A stretch of 64,000 nucleotides of DNA from assembly GCF_009914755.1 (NCBI RefSeq), contig NC_060926.1; one strand, 5' to 3'. This document shows, in pieces, positions 31,829-45,125 of the stretch (positions are counted from its first letter, which is position 1; every line of letters starts with the position of its first letter). The stretch is from the human T2T-CHM13v2.0 reference genome, Homo sapiens. Below the pieces are notes generated by a model that saw only the letters and a program-made list of their open reading frames with translations, did not search any database and was not told the origin of the DNA. A program made the translations under genes and the position numbers.

Positions 31829-33296
31829 CATTCTAGGATTTCTGAGGGAAAGTTGCTTGTTGGCTATTTCAGTCATTCAAAAAGTCCACCTGCATACACT
31901 TGCAAAATGGCGTCTTCTTGAAAGATGTATATATCCTCAGATGCAGGCCAAGCCACTCCTCTGTGTTCAGACATCCTGCTGTGATCTCTTGTGTCTTGTT
32001 ATCTCAGACTGATTATCCCTCCCAAATGTCACACCTCATAATTTGAGGCAGAGATGCCAACTACATAGGTACCTGAGTTAGTCCCAGGTAAGGGATAATG
32101 AGTAGCCTGAGAACTGTTAGCAACAGAACAAACCAGGGAAAAGTTCCTAACGTTTTGGTATGTATTAGAGACTCGACATGGAAGAGCAGAAAACAAAGTG
32201 TTCTCTTGCTCTATATCATAGTCTTGAAGCAATTTCTGACATCCAAAGCTGATAATTAACTGTACTAAACGATACACCTATTTCTAACTTGGGCCACAGC
32301 CAAGTGGATCACAGTGTTTTCATGGTAGTTAAAATAATTACGAAGTATAATCTTGGCTTGTGCACACATTCGTGTGGGTGCAGGCCCGTGAGCTCACCCT
32401 CTCTCTTCCCCTCCCTCTCCTTTGCCAGAAGACTCCAATGTTGAGCAATGAACTCAATTCTTTTCACACAGTTACTTGGCTTTTTCAGAGTGGCCGTCTA
32501 GTGGCTTGCTCCTTCAGTCATAGAATCCTGAAACTGAAATGAACCTTCAGAATACATTGTGCCAAGAGCAGAGCTTCCAGGCCACCTAAGTAATATCTTG
32601 ATTAGAACAGCCATCTCTTTGGAGAAGTGAAGCATCCCGATTGACTCCTCAGTACTGAAGCAGCCTCCAACCCCAGTTCCAAAATATACCCACAACTAAG
32701 GATGGCAGGTAACATTCATGTGATAACACTCACCTATGCAAACAAACAGGAAAATAAATTACCCTGTGTCCCATGGGCCATTCCTGGCACACCAGCTGTG
32801 ACCCCAACCCTCCAGGCCCACTGTGGTCCATGCCTGTGTATATGTCGCAGGACAAGTCCATGCTTGGTACCCTTCAGGCCCTAAGACAAGAAAGACTCCT
32901 TCCAGTGTCTTCTATTTTACAACCGGAAACTATTTTAGCCTCTGGGAGTCTTCTGGGTACCAGCCAGTGATGACTAGCTCCTTGACTCTCCTGTTGAATG
33001 TGGCTATTATGTGCATACCAGGGAGGACATAAAGCTTCCCACACACGACCCGATACCCTGGAGGAACACAGGCCTATTTCCACACTAGTTCCTCCTTTTA
33101 ATCCAGCTCCTCAGATCTAATGCTTTCCTAGGCTAAGATCTTTGCCTGGTTTCTTACAGAAAATGCTCTTTCTAATCTTAATTTTCCTCTTTTTCTAAAA
33201 CTATAACACTTTTCAGTTTTCTCTTGGCTCCTTCCTCATCTCCCCAGCCAGGACTGCCATCTCACCAACTTTTCATCAGCCTCTAATTTCCCCTAG

Positions 33297-33515
33297 AGTA
33301 GTGGTTCTTAACCCTCACTGCAAATTAAAATCACTTTGGGAATTAAAAATAGACGCCTATGTAGAAGTGTGTGTGTGCCTGTGTACACCGTTACCTGTGT
33401 CTAGGCTCCATCCCAGAAAAACTAAGGCAGATCTCTGGGAGTGGGACTTGGTCACGGATAATTTATAAAGGATCTTCAGTGATTCCAGTGTGTATTCAGG
33501 GGCAAGAACCACTGC
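33297..33515. mobile_element. MER5-type hAT-Charlie MITE
   Basis: agtggttcttaacc ... aagaaccactg terminal inverted repeats. Confidence 0.75.
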
Positions 33516-33801
33516 CTTAGAACTTGTTTACTTAACTATACCTTTTAGTTTTCATTCACACATGCAGAGTGTATTTATTGGTAATATACTCATTTTTATG
33601 TATTAAGAATTTCGTATGCACCAAGCATTGTGTTGGGCACTGGAATGCCTCACCATGTAGATGGAGCCTTCTTTGATGTTGATGTTCTGAACATTTCTAT
33701 CCTCAGCCCTCCTATTCTTTCCACCTACACTTTCCTGAGAGCTCTCTGCCACGTCATTGTGCCAACTACCATCTACTTTCTGAGGAACCCTGAGGCTCAA
33801 T

Positions 33802-34040
33802 CTTGGGAGCTTGTTTGGAGGTTCTAGCAGGGAAGCATGGCCACTCAGATATCCTGAATGAAAGAACAGTCCTCCTGTATTGGGGAAGACTGTCCCCTTC
33901 AATCCACAGTGCAGCTTCAGGAGGGTTGCACATGGAGCGGTGAGGGAGGAAGGAGACACCTGCCTAGGCAGCCAGATCAGCCGAATCAACCCTGGCAGTC
34001 AATGGGGGACAGATATCACAGCCAGATCACCCTCACATCC
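33802..34040 (-). pseudogene. 7SK snRNA retropseudogene (RN7SKP-type), 3'-truncated at about nt 240
   Basis: Reverse complement GGATGTGAGGGTGATCTGGCTGTGATATCTGTCCCCCATTGACTGCCAGGGTTGATTCGGCTGATCTGGCTG...CCCTGCTAGAACCTCCAAACAAGCTCCCAAG is colinear with 7SK from nt 1. Confidence 0.95.
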
Positions 34041-34755
34041 CGAAGTCTAAGTCTTGAGTCCAGACAGCTACCCTGTTACTTAGACTATAGACTATCTGAC
34101 TACATGTAAGACATGCTGGCTTTAGTGACCCATGGACAAATCAGACCCATATGTCAAAATGGAATGTTTTAACTTCCCACTGAGTCTTCCTTCTCTATCT
34201 TCTTGGTGGCCCCACAGTCCATCTGGTCACCCAAGTTTGAAATCTGGGAAATCTTGCTCCCCAGCCCTCTTCCCCGCACTCATCCTCTAAATCTAATGTT
34301 GTGTCCAAAACATTGTGTCCCTAATCCAGGCCCTCACCATTTCTCTGTAAGGTGGCTGATGGATCTCCTGCCTCTAGTGTTGCTAGCTATAGTCTAATCT
34401 TCACCAGAATTACCAGGGTAAACTGTCTCAAGGGAAAATGGAATCATGTCACAGTTTTCCATTACTCACAAGTGAAATTTAAGGTCCTTACCTGGCACAC
34501 AATGCCATCCAAGATCTGGCCCCTCCCAATTCTCCAGCCCCCGCTAGAATGAATTGGGAGACCAAGATTGCTATCACAGCAACACAGCAGGGGTTACAAC
34601 GTCCCTTTGCCAGTTAGGCTTTCTTATGCCCACCCCCATGGTTTTTATCATGCTGTCTTCTCTGTCTGTAAAACTCACCAACTCACCCCATCCCACATAC
34701 ACACACTGATTAGTTGTATTGCCATTAGTCTCAGTTACATCTCAAATTACATCTA

Positions 34756-35105
34756 CAGTTATGGGCTGCATATGGACACTTGGATCAATGACAGACCACA
34801 TATTCAATGGTAGTCCCATAAGATTATAAAACCATACATGTACTGTATGTTTTTATGTTTAAATATGTTTTGATACATAAATACTTACCATTGTGTTGCA
34901 GTTGCCTACAGAATGTAGAACATAACATGCTGTAAATTAAGGTTTATAGCCTGGGAGAAATAGGCTACACCATATAGCCTAGGTGTATAGGAAGCTATAT
35001 CATCCAGGCTATGTAAGTACACTCTGTGATGTCTGCATAATGACAAAATAGCCCTAATGATGCATTTCTCAGAATACATTCTCATTATTAAGTGACATAT
35101 GACTG
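34756..35105. mobile_element. Tigger3a/MER7-type MITE
   Basis: TA|cagttatg...ggtagtcccataagattataa...tgatgcatttctcagaa...catatgactg|TA; about 350 bp with TA TSD. Confidence 0.88.
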
Positions 35106-36794
35106 TAGTATACGACTTTAAAAACAGTATAATTATGTGTCTTTGTTTCTGTATTCCCCATAGATGGTGAACTCCTTAAAGGCAGTGACTATAACTGTAT
35201 TGTTACAGTTTTTGTTGTTTTTGTCTTTATATATTTCACAACCTAGAACAATGGCTACAACATCTCAAGTACTCAGATGCTTATGGAATAAATAAATGGA
35301 GACATAGGTTCCTCCCCTTAATAAGCTTAAAATTGAATAAATTTATTTTTGTTTCTATATCCATTTATCCAAGTCCATAGTTTCCTTTTCCCCAAACTCT
35401 TATATATACTCAGAAAGGCCCATTACAGTCAAATACAAACAAGGCAATTTAATTCAGCATTGGGAGTATCTAGCTAACTGTAATATTCCAAGAATGTAGA
35501 GGGATCATGTGTATTACTGAATCATAATACTGATGTACGATGATTTATAAGGCAACAGCGTCGAAAACTGACCCCTAGCTTCCTATAATTTGATTGCCTT
35601 TCAGAAAAAGTTCTCAGCAGAGAACTGAGTCTAGAGTCCTCTCAGTACAGAAGCCAGGATACGCAACCCATCAAATAAGACTGGTTTGCTGAATCAAGAG
35701 CCACTGACCGATTTGACAGCTCCATATTCAAACTAAACAGCTCTTTTTGGAAACTAGACTTTTGGATGTTATACCAGAGATGTGACTGAGTAGAACAGAG
35801 CTTTCCAGGGGCTGAATAATCCATTATGCTTATTTTATCAGAGATTCAAGTTGAAACCATTGGGCCATTGAGTAATAAACTCAGTTTGACCTTGTCAAAA
35901 TCCTACACCTAGCAGTATTTTGAGAACTTGTTTGTTCTGCCACTTCGTTCCAAGTTGTTTGAACTTTAGTTGAGCCCATGAAAGCTTTACAGTTATCAAG
36001 TGTGCTTATATATGCACATTATTTCACATTGATCCACACCTGCCTGGTAGCCATCACTAGAGGCCCTGGAAATATTCAGAGAATCACTGAAGTGTGAGCA
36101 ACAGTTAATAAAAAATTCTTGCAGTTTTAATTACAAACAAAAAGCAAGCATGTTTCAACTCTATAAAATTCAACTGGAATATCCAGGGAACTATTGCTGT
36201 TTATAACCACCATAAATTATATTCATCTTTCATACTGAGTTAGTGCAGCTTACAGATTGATATATAAAGCAACAAGTTCTAATATTTATGAAAGTGTGAG
36301 TTCTACCACCTGTTTCAGGAGTTCTAACCTAACCTCCAGAACAAATAAAAATGAATAAACAACTATCTTCGCCCTTCCTGCCATGGGAGTCCTTTTGTTC
36401 TCTAAGTCATGTTTCTATCTATGAAGCAAAATGAAGGACTACTAACAACCTTGGTGCCATATGTATTAGGAAGGAAAATTGCTGTGCTTTGTCCAAAGGC
36501 AATTAGTGTTAGGAAGGAATCAAGAAGCAAGCCAATATTGGAGCTGCTCTTTCTTCTGAGCTGTGACTGCTAGAAACCATGACAAAAAATAATGTGAGAG
36601 ATTCTCATCAGGGATCTTGGGCCCCATTTGCATATTCTTTCATTCACCACTTACTTTGTAACCAGCCCTATACTGGCATTCAACACACAAAGACAAATTA
36701 GACAGACTCCTGCCTTCTTTACAGAGAAGCTTCCTGCACAATGGGTGGTTCACATAAGCAATAAAATGATTTGGTAAATGTGAGAATGGAGACA

Positions 36795-37170
36795 TGCATT
36801 ATTCATTCACTCTTTCAACACATATGCTAGCTTGACTTTTTAAAGTCAGATGCTGTATTAGGTGCTAGCGAACTAAAAATAGTCCTTGCCCTTGAAGTGT
36901 TTGTGGGATGTGTCTATATGGTAAATACCCAATTACAAAGTAATGAGATTGGGAGTATGGTAGGCCAAATGCATGGAAGCATCTAGCGAGTCCCCTGTCT
37001 CAGATGTGGAAGTGAAGGAAATCTCTCAGAGAAGATGGACTATCCAAGACAAGAGCTAAGAATGGAGGCACATCAGTCATTGAAAGAGGCAGGTGTGGGG
37101 TTGGAAGCTACTGCAGGCTACAAGACCTAGAACCAGCAAGAACGTGGTGCACTGTAAGGTTTTCTGGATT
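36795..37170 (-). mobile_element. L2 fragment
   Basis: attcattcactctttcaacacatat...tattaggtgctag...gtccttgcccttga. Confidence 0.55.
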
Positions 37171-37559
37171 AAAGTCTAGGTTGTAGTGTTCATCCTAAGA
37201 AGTTTCTTATAGCAAAGCTTTAGATATTATAACCCTTTAGTATAAGCTTTGGAAATTATCCAAATCTTGCAAATGAATGAATGAATCAATACATAGTGAC
37301 GTTTCTTTACAGTAACCCCAGGAACCATTTTGTTGGATGAACTTCAAAAAACACAGAACACCAAATTCGAACACATGAAAGGAAAGGAAACCAAATTTAT
37401 CAAATAAGTCACCAGGAAAGAAGACAAAAGTAAAATGTCCTTGGCCTTAAAGACAGTTGCAGGAAGATATAATCAAAACTTTAAATCATGCATGAAAATG
37501 CAAAACCCATGGTCTTGCAGGCCTCAGTGGATGGAAATATTTAAAAAGCAGATTTGTTC

Positions 37560-37692
37560 ACCTGGTCTCAAAATAATAAAATTGTGCATTTTCACCATTC
37601 TTCTTAACATATTAAGTGAGGTAAAGAAAATGTTTAGCAGAATGCCTGCCAGTAGTAAATATCCCCTAAATGTTAGCTACTATCATCATTTA
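37560..37692 (+). mobile_element. MIR 3' part
   Basis: attaagtgaggtaa...ttagcagaatgcctgcc...aaatgttagctactatc. Confidence 0.55.
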
Positions 37693-38297
37693 TGAGACAC
37701 CAGTTAATAATTTATGTAACACATTAGTTTTTCTAGGAAAAGCATTTCTTATTTAAGAAACAAACAGTTCAGACTAAAACATGAAAGTTTTCTAAAAGGT
37801 TAGTGAGGGGACCTGGGCTTGGGTATGTGAGAAGCAGCCTCCCAGCTTCTGTGCTCAGGGCACACTCCACCTGAGAGAGATGGATTGGCAGGAAGGCTTA
37901 TGTAATTAACTCAATGTCATCCAGAAAGTCCTATTCACGGAAACACCCTTCAATGATATGAGGGCAACTCTTCTCAGAAATAATGGCCAGTGCTGAAGAT
38001 TTCCTTGAAAACAAAGTATCCAAGGCTTATTTGGGTCAGAACAGGTAAGACCAGACATACCTTTCCCATTCAATGGTACTGGTTACCACTCGGCCTTAAC
38101 ATGGTTAACGTGCAGGAGAGACCTCCTTCTAGTCATGATTTAAGTTGTGTATTTAAATATTTTGAGTGAATTCTTGGAATTATCAGAACATTATACAGTA
38201 GTTTCTAGAAAAAGTATCCTATGTTCATCTAAATACCTTTTATTTTCCTCAAGCCCCAACTGTCACATACATAGCAAAGATACATTATCCTGCTGTG

Positions 38298-38587
38298 TTT
38301 TTTTAGAGACAGGGTTTCTCTCCGTTGCCCAGGCTGGAGTGCAATGGTGTGATCATAGCTTACTGCAGCCTTGAACTCCTGGGCTCAAGCGATTCTCCTG
38401 CCTCAGCCTCCTGAGTAGTTGAGGCTATAGGTGTCCCACCACACTCGGCTATTTTTTAAATTTTTTTTGTAGAGATGGGTTCCCTCTATGTTGCCCAGGC
38501 TTGTCTTGAACTCCTGGCTTCAAGCAATTCTCTTGCCTTGACCTCCTAAAGCACTGGGATTACAGGTGTGAGCCACTGCACCAGGCC
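38298..38587 (-). mobile_element. Alu, AluJ-type
   Basis: gatcatagcttactgcagccttgaactcctgggctcaagcg, a J diagnostic. Confidence 0.93.
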
Positions 38588-39160
38588 TATTCCTCTACTC
38601 AACGTACCATTTTAGCAAGTTTCTTTCTCTCACCATCTCCTTCACATTTTCTTTCTCTTTCAACTTTACCATCCATTGCCTTTGAGAATAACACAGAGAA
38701 ACTCAATCACCAACACATGTAAAATCCAATGGATATGGATAGCAAAGTTGGCAAGCTGAGGAATGCCATAAAAATTCTGCTTGGAGTTTAATCAAGGTAA
38801 AGTTCAATGAACGTTGTCCATTCAAATGAAAGGTACAAACAAAATTGGGAAGCATAAAGTAAATTTGAAAAAGCATAAAGCAATATTGGTAAGCATAAGC
38901 ATAAATCTCAATGAACAAAGTGGTTGCAAGGGCTTTTTAAATTTGCAGGGACTCCATTTACCTGGCCTCAGCTCTCCCAGCCAAGCTGAACTCAGCTCGT
39001 TTTCACCAAACAAGAATGACTTATCCTACACTCACTAATTCTTTCCCTTCTCAAAACCTGTAGTGGCCCCTAAATGCTTCTCATATCACATTAAAACACC
39101 CAACATAGAATTCAAGGGTATTTATCCTTGGCTTTTGAAGATACTAGTTAAGACATATAG

Positions 39161-39444
39161 TGTATTAGTTTGCTAGGGCTGCTGTAACAAAGCATCCCTT
39201 GGCTTGTAGAAGTATCATTCTGATATCTGCCTTTATCTTTACATGGTGTTCTCCCTGTGTGTCCAAGTTCCCCCCTTTTTATAAGGACATCAGTCATATT
39301 GGATGAGGACCCACACTAATGACACCTCATTTCAACTTGGTTACCTCTATAAAGACCCTATCTCCAAACAACATCATATTCTGAGGTTTAGGGGTTAGGA
39401 TTTTAACACATAAATTTTTGGAGGCCACAATTCAACCCATAACA
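39161..39444 (-). mobile_element. MLT1C-like MaLR solo LTR with internal deletion
   Basis: tgtattagtttgctagggctgctgtaacaaag...acaattcaacccataaca; 5-bp TSD ta(t/c)ag. Confidence 0.85.
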
Positions 39445-39489
39445 TACAGTACTATATTGTCATTATTATTATTTGGTGGCATCTGTGGA

Positions 39490-39670
39490 ACTGTAAGTAT
39501 AATGGGAAGGACACATGCTTGTCGTCAGACAGACTTCAATTGAAATTCAGCTCTGCCATTTACTCTGAGCTTCCTGACTGCGTGAGATAGAGATAAAATC
39601 CCTATAATGCAGAATGGTGTGAAGACTAAATGGGGAAGCAACTTCTGTAAATATGTAAGGACAGACCTTT
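39490..39670 (+). mobile_element. MIR SINE
   Basis: gtcagacagact...ttgaaattcagctctgccatttact...gtgaagactaaatg. Confidence 0.55.
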
Positions 39671-40274
39671 GCACATTACACCCAACTGGAATGACCCATA
39701 TCAGGTTTGAACTTTCTTCTAATAAACCAAAGCATAACACAACATAATCAAACTTGTTTGCCTATTCCAAAAAGGAAAACCTGTAAGATAATTCATAAAA
39801 ATCTCTCAAATCTCTCTGTTTAAGACTCTGAACACTCTCTCTTCCCATAACGAAATGCGTTTCTTGTTCATTCATTTATGGCTGTTCACCCAACTCTATA
39901 GAAACCAATCTAAATCAATCTTTCTTATGGCCTCTTTTCATGTTTGAATTCATCTGGCCATTTGATCGCAAGCTCTTGGAATGGAAGAACAATGTATTCA
40001 ATGATATAATTAAGTATTTGAAATATTTTGATATAATATGTGAAAATATTTTCTGAAGACAGCCTTCATGTTAAGCACCTTCTCTATGTAATTCATTGAT
40101 AATTAGGGAACTTTGAAGCATATCTTTGTTTCCCAGACTGTTCTTTCTCATTGACCTGGTGTCCACTGTCTACTACCATATGCTTGTTGCCTCTGTTATC
40201 TTTATTCTCAAAACCTCCTTGCAGAAAAGACACAGATGTGTTTTGCGGATTAAGCAATAAAGTGCTCTGGGGCT

Positions 40275-40472
40275 GCTGGGTACTATTAAGCAGGTTGTAG
40301 AGTGCACAGGGTGTCCCCAAAACACAGGAGATTTTCATATTTATCATAATTCTTTAGCAGATGGTTGTAGGTCTGTTTTAATATAAGTCTGAATGTTACA
40401 ACAATTTTCTACTCTGTATAAGGAGTGTTTTATCTAATTTGCATAGGGCACTGCATGGGCTGGCCTTGGCCT
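40275..40472. mobile_element. MER91-like hAT-Tip100 MITE
   Basis: gcaggttgtagagtgcaca...tctaatttgcatagggcactgcatgggct. Confidence 0.45.
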
Positions 40473-40945
40473 TGTAGCTGATAAATCTGATATGTAATTC
40501 CCCCCAAGAGATTCTCAGGCAAGGAGATCTAAGCCAGAGGAAGGGAACTCTGTGCATTTTCTGACTTCAGCAATGTGAGAGATTGGTTTGGGGAGAATCT
40601 TTTGACAAGTCCTGTATTAAGGAGTGGCCTCCCCTCTCAGTGTTGGAGAAAACTGTAGTCAAGCAGGCTCTGGGGTGGGTAGTGAATCTGCCAGCATTGC
40701 ACGCTACTCACAAGAGAGATGGAGGAGCAAAGCCATGGAAAACGTACTGCCCTGGTGCTACTAGATAAGATCAGAGACCTGATCCTCAGGGAATTGACAA
40801 CAGTGTCTTCTTCACTCATATCACAGCTGAATCATCTAGAAGATCAACTCAAACTCATCAAAAGGAAACCCTCAATAGGAGAAACAAGAGATATGTAATA
40901 TTTTGCAGACATCTGTCACACTGCTATGTGATAAATAGCTTGGAG

Positions 40946-41083
40946 TACCTAATGCATGCAGGGCTTAAAACCTAGATGATGGGCTGATAGGTACAGCAAA
41001 CCACCATGGCACATGTATCCCTATTAAACAAACCTGCACGTTCTGCTCATGTCTCTTAAAACTTAAAGTAACATAAAAATAAA
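40946..41083 (+). mobile_element. Short L1PA8-10-type 3' end
   Basis: gggcttaaaacctagatgatgggctgataggtacagcaaaccaccatggcacatgtat...aacttaaagta. Confidence 0.88.
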
Positions 41084-42904
41084 CCTTAGAGTGGTGCATT
41101 TTAATACTTCAAAAGGAGAGTTTGTTTTTTAATCATCTAAATCATGTCAATACAAAATATTAATAGCAATCTGACCAATGATGATGGCCAATGACATCAG
41201 TATGAACCATATTTTTAAAAATGTAATTAGCATAAGAATTAGAGGAAAATATGTCTGTTTTTAACAAATGCATATTCTGGTTGGAGAGCATAAAAAATAG
41301 CAAACAATAAAACTTCCTAGGTGGCAAAATTATGTGATATATCAACATTGACATCTTTGCAGAAAGACTTAAGGGGTGATTGGGAGCATAGCCAAGCAGA
41401 TGGAGACTGTGTGAAAGCAGAACCAAGTGGGAAGGCAGCTCAAGCTCAACAACTCCTGAAGCATGGGAGGGCACAGCACCCTTCACTGAGAGGCCCGACA
41501 GGGTTTAAACACTTGACTTAAACTTAGCCAATCACAGGCACCAGGAAACAGCCAGGGTGAGAATGCTAGGGGAAGTTTATAAAGTGGAGCTGGGCTGGGA
41601 ATTGGCATCACAGATAATGGTGGAAAGCAATGGAGATGAAAAAAGAAACACAAAATATTTAAGAAAGGAGGAACCTTGTAGAAATAAAGAAACAGACACC
41701 TATCACAGAGACCGAGGCCGCTGCTCGGCAGATGCATTTCCTTTTAGAGCACGCCCTGGAGCCTTGAGACAACATGCTCTCGCTCTTCATTTTAGGCAGC
41801 CCTGATGAGGTTCTGCTTCTTACAATCACAGCTATGTAACAAAAGCTATAGGAATACCAGGAAGAGGAAGAGGCAGGCCAAGGGAACAGCGAAGGGCCTG
41901 GGACAGGAAGAGGGGTGGAATTTTTTGTGGAAAAGCGGGGGAATCAAGCTATGGAGGACTATGGCAGGTAGAGTAGGTCCAGGGTCTTCATTGCACAGAT
42001 TAAGAATGACTCATTGACCCTAAGATTAAAAAAAAAAAACAAAACATAAAACAGCTGTCATTATAAAGTTGGAGGAAGGCCGGGAGGCAGTTGAAGGCAG
42101 GGAGAAAAGAGTTCTAAGATTCTGTACATATAGATAGGCAAGAATTCAAATTGCCAAAGCCAACTTGAGCATTTTGTGGGGGGCATTTTATATGAGGTTT
42201 TAAATTTTGTTTTCTTCTAATGTTTAGACTGAAGAGAAATTCCCTTCAATAAGAACAACTTTAACAGATTATTAAAAGGGACAGTGTGAAACCTTCAATA
42301 ATATTTAGAAATATGTGTAGGAGAGCTAATTTGATTCATTCATCACATTTTCAAGTAACTGGTGCGGGCTCCATAACACAGTACAGACTACATAACACAG
42401 TACAGGCTTTTGTGTATTAAAATTAATGAAAAAGTAGGGGGTACTTATGGGTCTCAGTAGTTCTCCCAATTTAAATACACTTAAATAACTGTGAAAACTG
42501 GTCAGTTTACACATAAAATCATGCCAATTTCAAACAGAAAAGTTCCATTGATATTGACCACATTTTTGGCTCCTATTAAATTGCTACATAAATATATAAA
42601 GCAGGTCTGTAATACTATATGTCTGCAAAAAGATATTTTTGGCAAATAAAACTCATTTTATTTTCTAATTTCAATCTTCCTTACCCAGTATTCTTAAATA
42701 TATAAAAATTATGTTTGGTTCTAAATATCCAAATACCCCCACTCCCACACACTTTTTTCCACATTGCTTTTATCCATCCTTTTACAGATTTATGCATAAA
42801 ATAGTTTCAGTTAATGAGGATCACAATTTTTAATCTCCCAAAATCCAGCTTCCCATTGTCACCCAGAGCAACATCTGAAGTTTAAATGTAAAGGATCAGT
42901 GATT

Positions 42905-43380
42905 ATCATGAGCTGAATGGTACCCGCTGCCCCCCTAAAAAAAAAGATATGCCCATGACTTTACCCCTGGAGCCTGAGAATGGGACCTTATTTGGAAGAA
43001 AGGTCATTGAGGATGTAATTGTGTTAAGGATCTCCAGATGAGATCATCCTGGATTACTGGTGGGCCCCAAATCCAAAGATAAGTGTCCTTTTTAGAGGCA
43101 GCAAGAGAACAGATCTGGAGAGAAGAGGAGAAGTGAGAAGGAGAAGATGACCATGTGGGGATGGAGGCAGCGACTGGAGTTAGACAGCCTCAAGTCAAGG
43201 AATGTATGAGCCACCAGAAGGAAGCTGAAATTGGCAAGGAAGGATTCTTCCCTAGATCCTTCAGAGGGAGCCCAGCCTCATTGCAGGCAGCTGGCCTCCA
43301 GTGCAGTGAGAAAAATTTCTGTGGTCTTAAACTACCAAGTTTGTGGTAATTTGTTAGAGCAGCTCTGGGAAACTAATACA
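42905..43380 (+). mobile_element. MLT1C/D MaLR solo LTR
   Basis: gaccttatttggaa...gagatcatcctggatta...tttgtggtaatttgtt...ggaaactaataca. Confidence 0.88.
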
Positions 43381-43461
43381 ATGATTAAATGGTATCGATT
43401 TATTTTTAAATTTGCATTTCATTAAGTTTGTGGCCCATATAAAAATGCTGATTTTTTTTCT

Positions 43462-44280
43462 TGTGATATTGTGATTTAATAAGAAATATTTATTTGTTCT
43501 GTATCCCTGCTCCCTGGCACAGAGCTTCTGAAGCTTCTGAACCCTTGGAATTTCCTGAGTGATACGAATGAGGGCAGCAGCTTTTGTTATTCACAATAAA
43601 CCCCTTTCTAACTATACCTGAGTTACTCTGATGAGGTGACTCTTTGTGGGACCCTAGATAGTTTCCGGATGGGACCTGGTTGCTAGAGGAACCAACCATG
43701 AAATTAGAGGGTTGGGAGGTGAAAGGGGCTAGAGATTCAACTGATCATCAATGAACAACGATTTAATCAATCACGTCTATGTAACAGAACGTCCACAAAA
43801 AATCCTAAACGAAAACAGGGTTTGGAAAGCTTCTGGGATAGTGAACGCATTGAGGTTCTTGCAGGTTGGTGCCTCCGGAGAGAGCATAGAAACTCCATTC
43901 CCCTGCTCCTCACATCTTGCCTAGAATCTTTTCCATTTGGCTGTTTCAAACTTGTATCATTTATAGTAAACTAATAATAGTAAGTTAACACTTTTCCCTG
44001 AGTTCTGTGAGCTGTTCTAGCACATTATCCAAACTGAGGAGCAGGTCATGGGCACTCTCAGTTTGTAGCCTGTCAGTCCTATGTGTGGGAGGCCCAGAAC
44101 TTGTGGTTGGCACTTGAAATGGGGGCAGTCTAGTGAGAGTTTGATGCTAACTCAAGGTAGTTACTGTCAGAATTGAGTGGAATCATTGGACATCCACTTG
44201 GTGTCTAGAGAGTTGGAGAACTGGTCATGGGTGTGTGAAAAACCCACACATTTGGTGTCAGGAGTGTTCTGTAGGTAGAA
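43462..44280 (+). mobile_element. MER21 (B/C) LTR
   Basis: tgtgatattgtgatttaataagaaata...ctggcacagagct...acccttggaatttcctgagtgat...cccacacatttggtgtcag. Confidence 0.88.
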
Positions 44281-45125
44281 ACCAATCATCATAGTTGGTA
44301 TCAGAGGTATTATGGAGTAAAAGTAGCACAGGTTCCTTAACTTAATTTCTACCATAATTAAAAAAAGGATATTGGGTTATCTCACCCTGGTTTCCCAGTC
44401 AGGGCTCCAACCTGGGCTCTCATAATAACTTCCTCCTTTCCTTTTTGACTTTTGTTAGCTTCCATTGCCCATGGAGTCAAGTTTATTAAGCTCCCTAGAA
44501 TGGCAATGAAGTCCTCACTTACTTTCCAAACTTATCTTTTTCTAAACCTTCTCTTGGACCTACTGTACTACTCTAATCTGCTTGTGGCTGCCAAGCTTGC
44601 CTGTCATGATCTCTCGAGATTCAGCTCAAGGGATGAGACCATAAAATCTCTTCTGCCCTTCCAGGGGGATGTCACCCTGTCAGCGTCATCAAGGAAGCTT
44701 TAAAATTTTGTGTCTTCCTAAATTAATAATCTCTGAGTGGTTTTAGTTAGGATTTAATCCAGAGGGTTGGATTATTGGTGGAAAAGAGGGAAACTGAAAG
44801 TGCTTAAAATGCCTCAGTGCTAAAGAAGAAGGACTCGGTGTATAGTTTTAGTGAAGACAAGCACTGTGCACTCACGCCTACTGATGGTACCAAACACAGA
44901 TCCAGAAAAACCCTAAAATAGGACCCTGAGGCCTGGTCTTCCAGGGATGAGGAGGAGAAGACAAAGAGGATGGATAACAAGTGGAGAAAGACAGGATTTG
45001 GTAACTGATAAAGAATACTTACTTTCCTTTAGATTGTAGGGAGGGGAGAGTTACAGATAAGAGATAGAGGTCACAGGTAATAATTTAGTAACAAAGTAAA
45101 CTGTAAGGCAAAGCTCTTTGGTAGC

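Larger units (their letters stand above)
33650..35300 (+). mobile_element. L2 element interrupted by the 7SK copy and Tigger3a
   Basis: ctatcctcagccctcctattctttccacctacactttcc...ctcaccatttctc...ggtgaactccttaaaggcagtgact...ggaataaataaatg. Confidence 0.65.

Noticed and set aside
33603-33989. 128-aa ORF on the minus strand
   Set aside because: Chance frame running through the 7SK pseudogene into an L2; no recognisable domain.
38850-38905. Four AAGCATAA copies within 55 bp
   Set aside because: Irregular spacing in low-complexity A-rich sequence; no structure or function evident.
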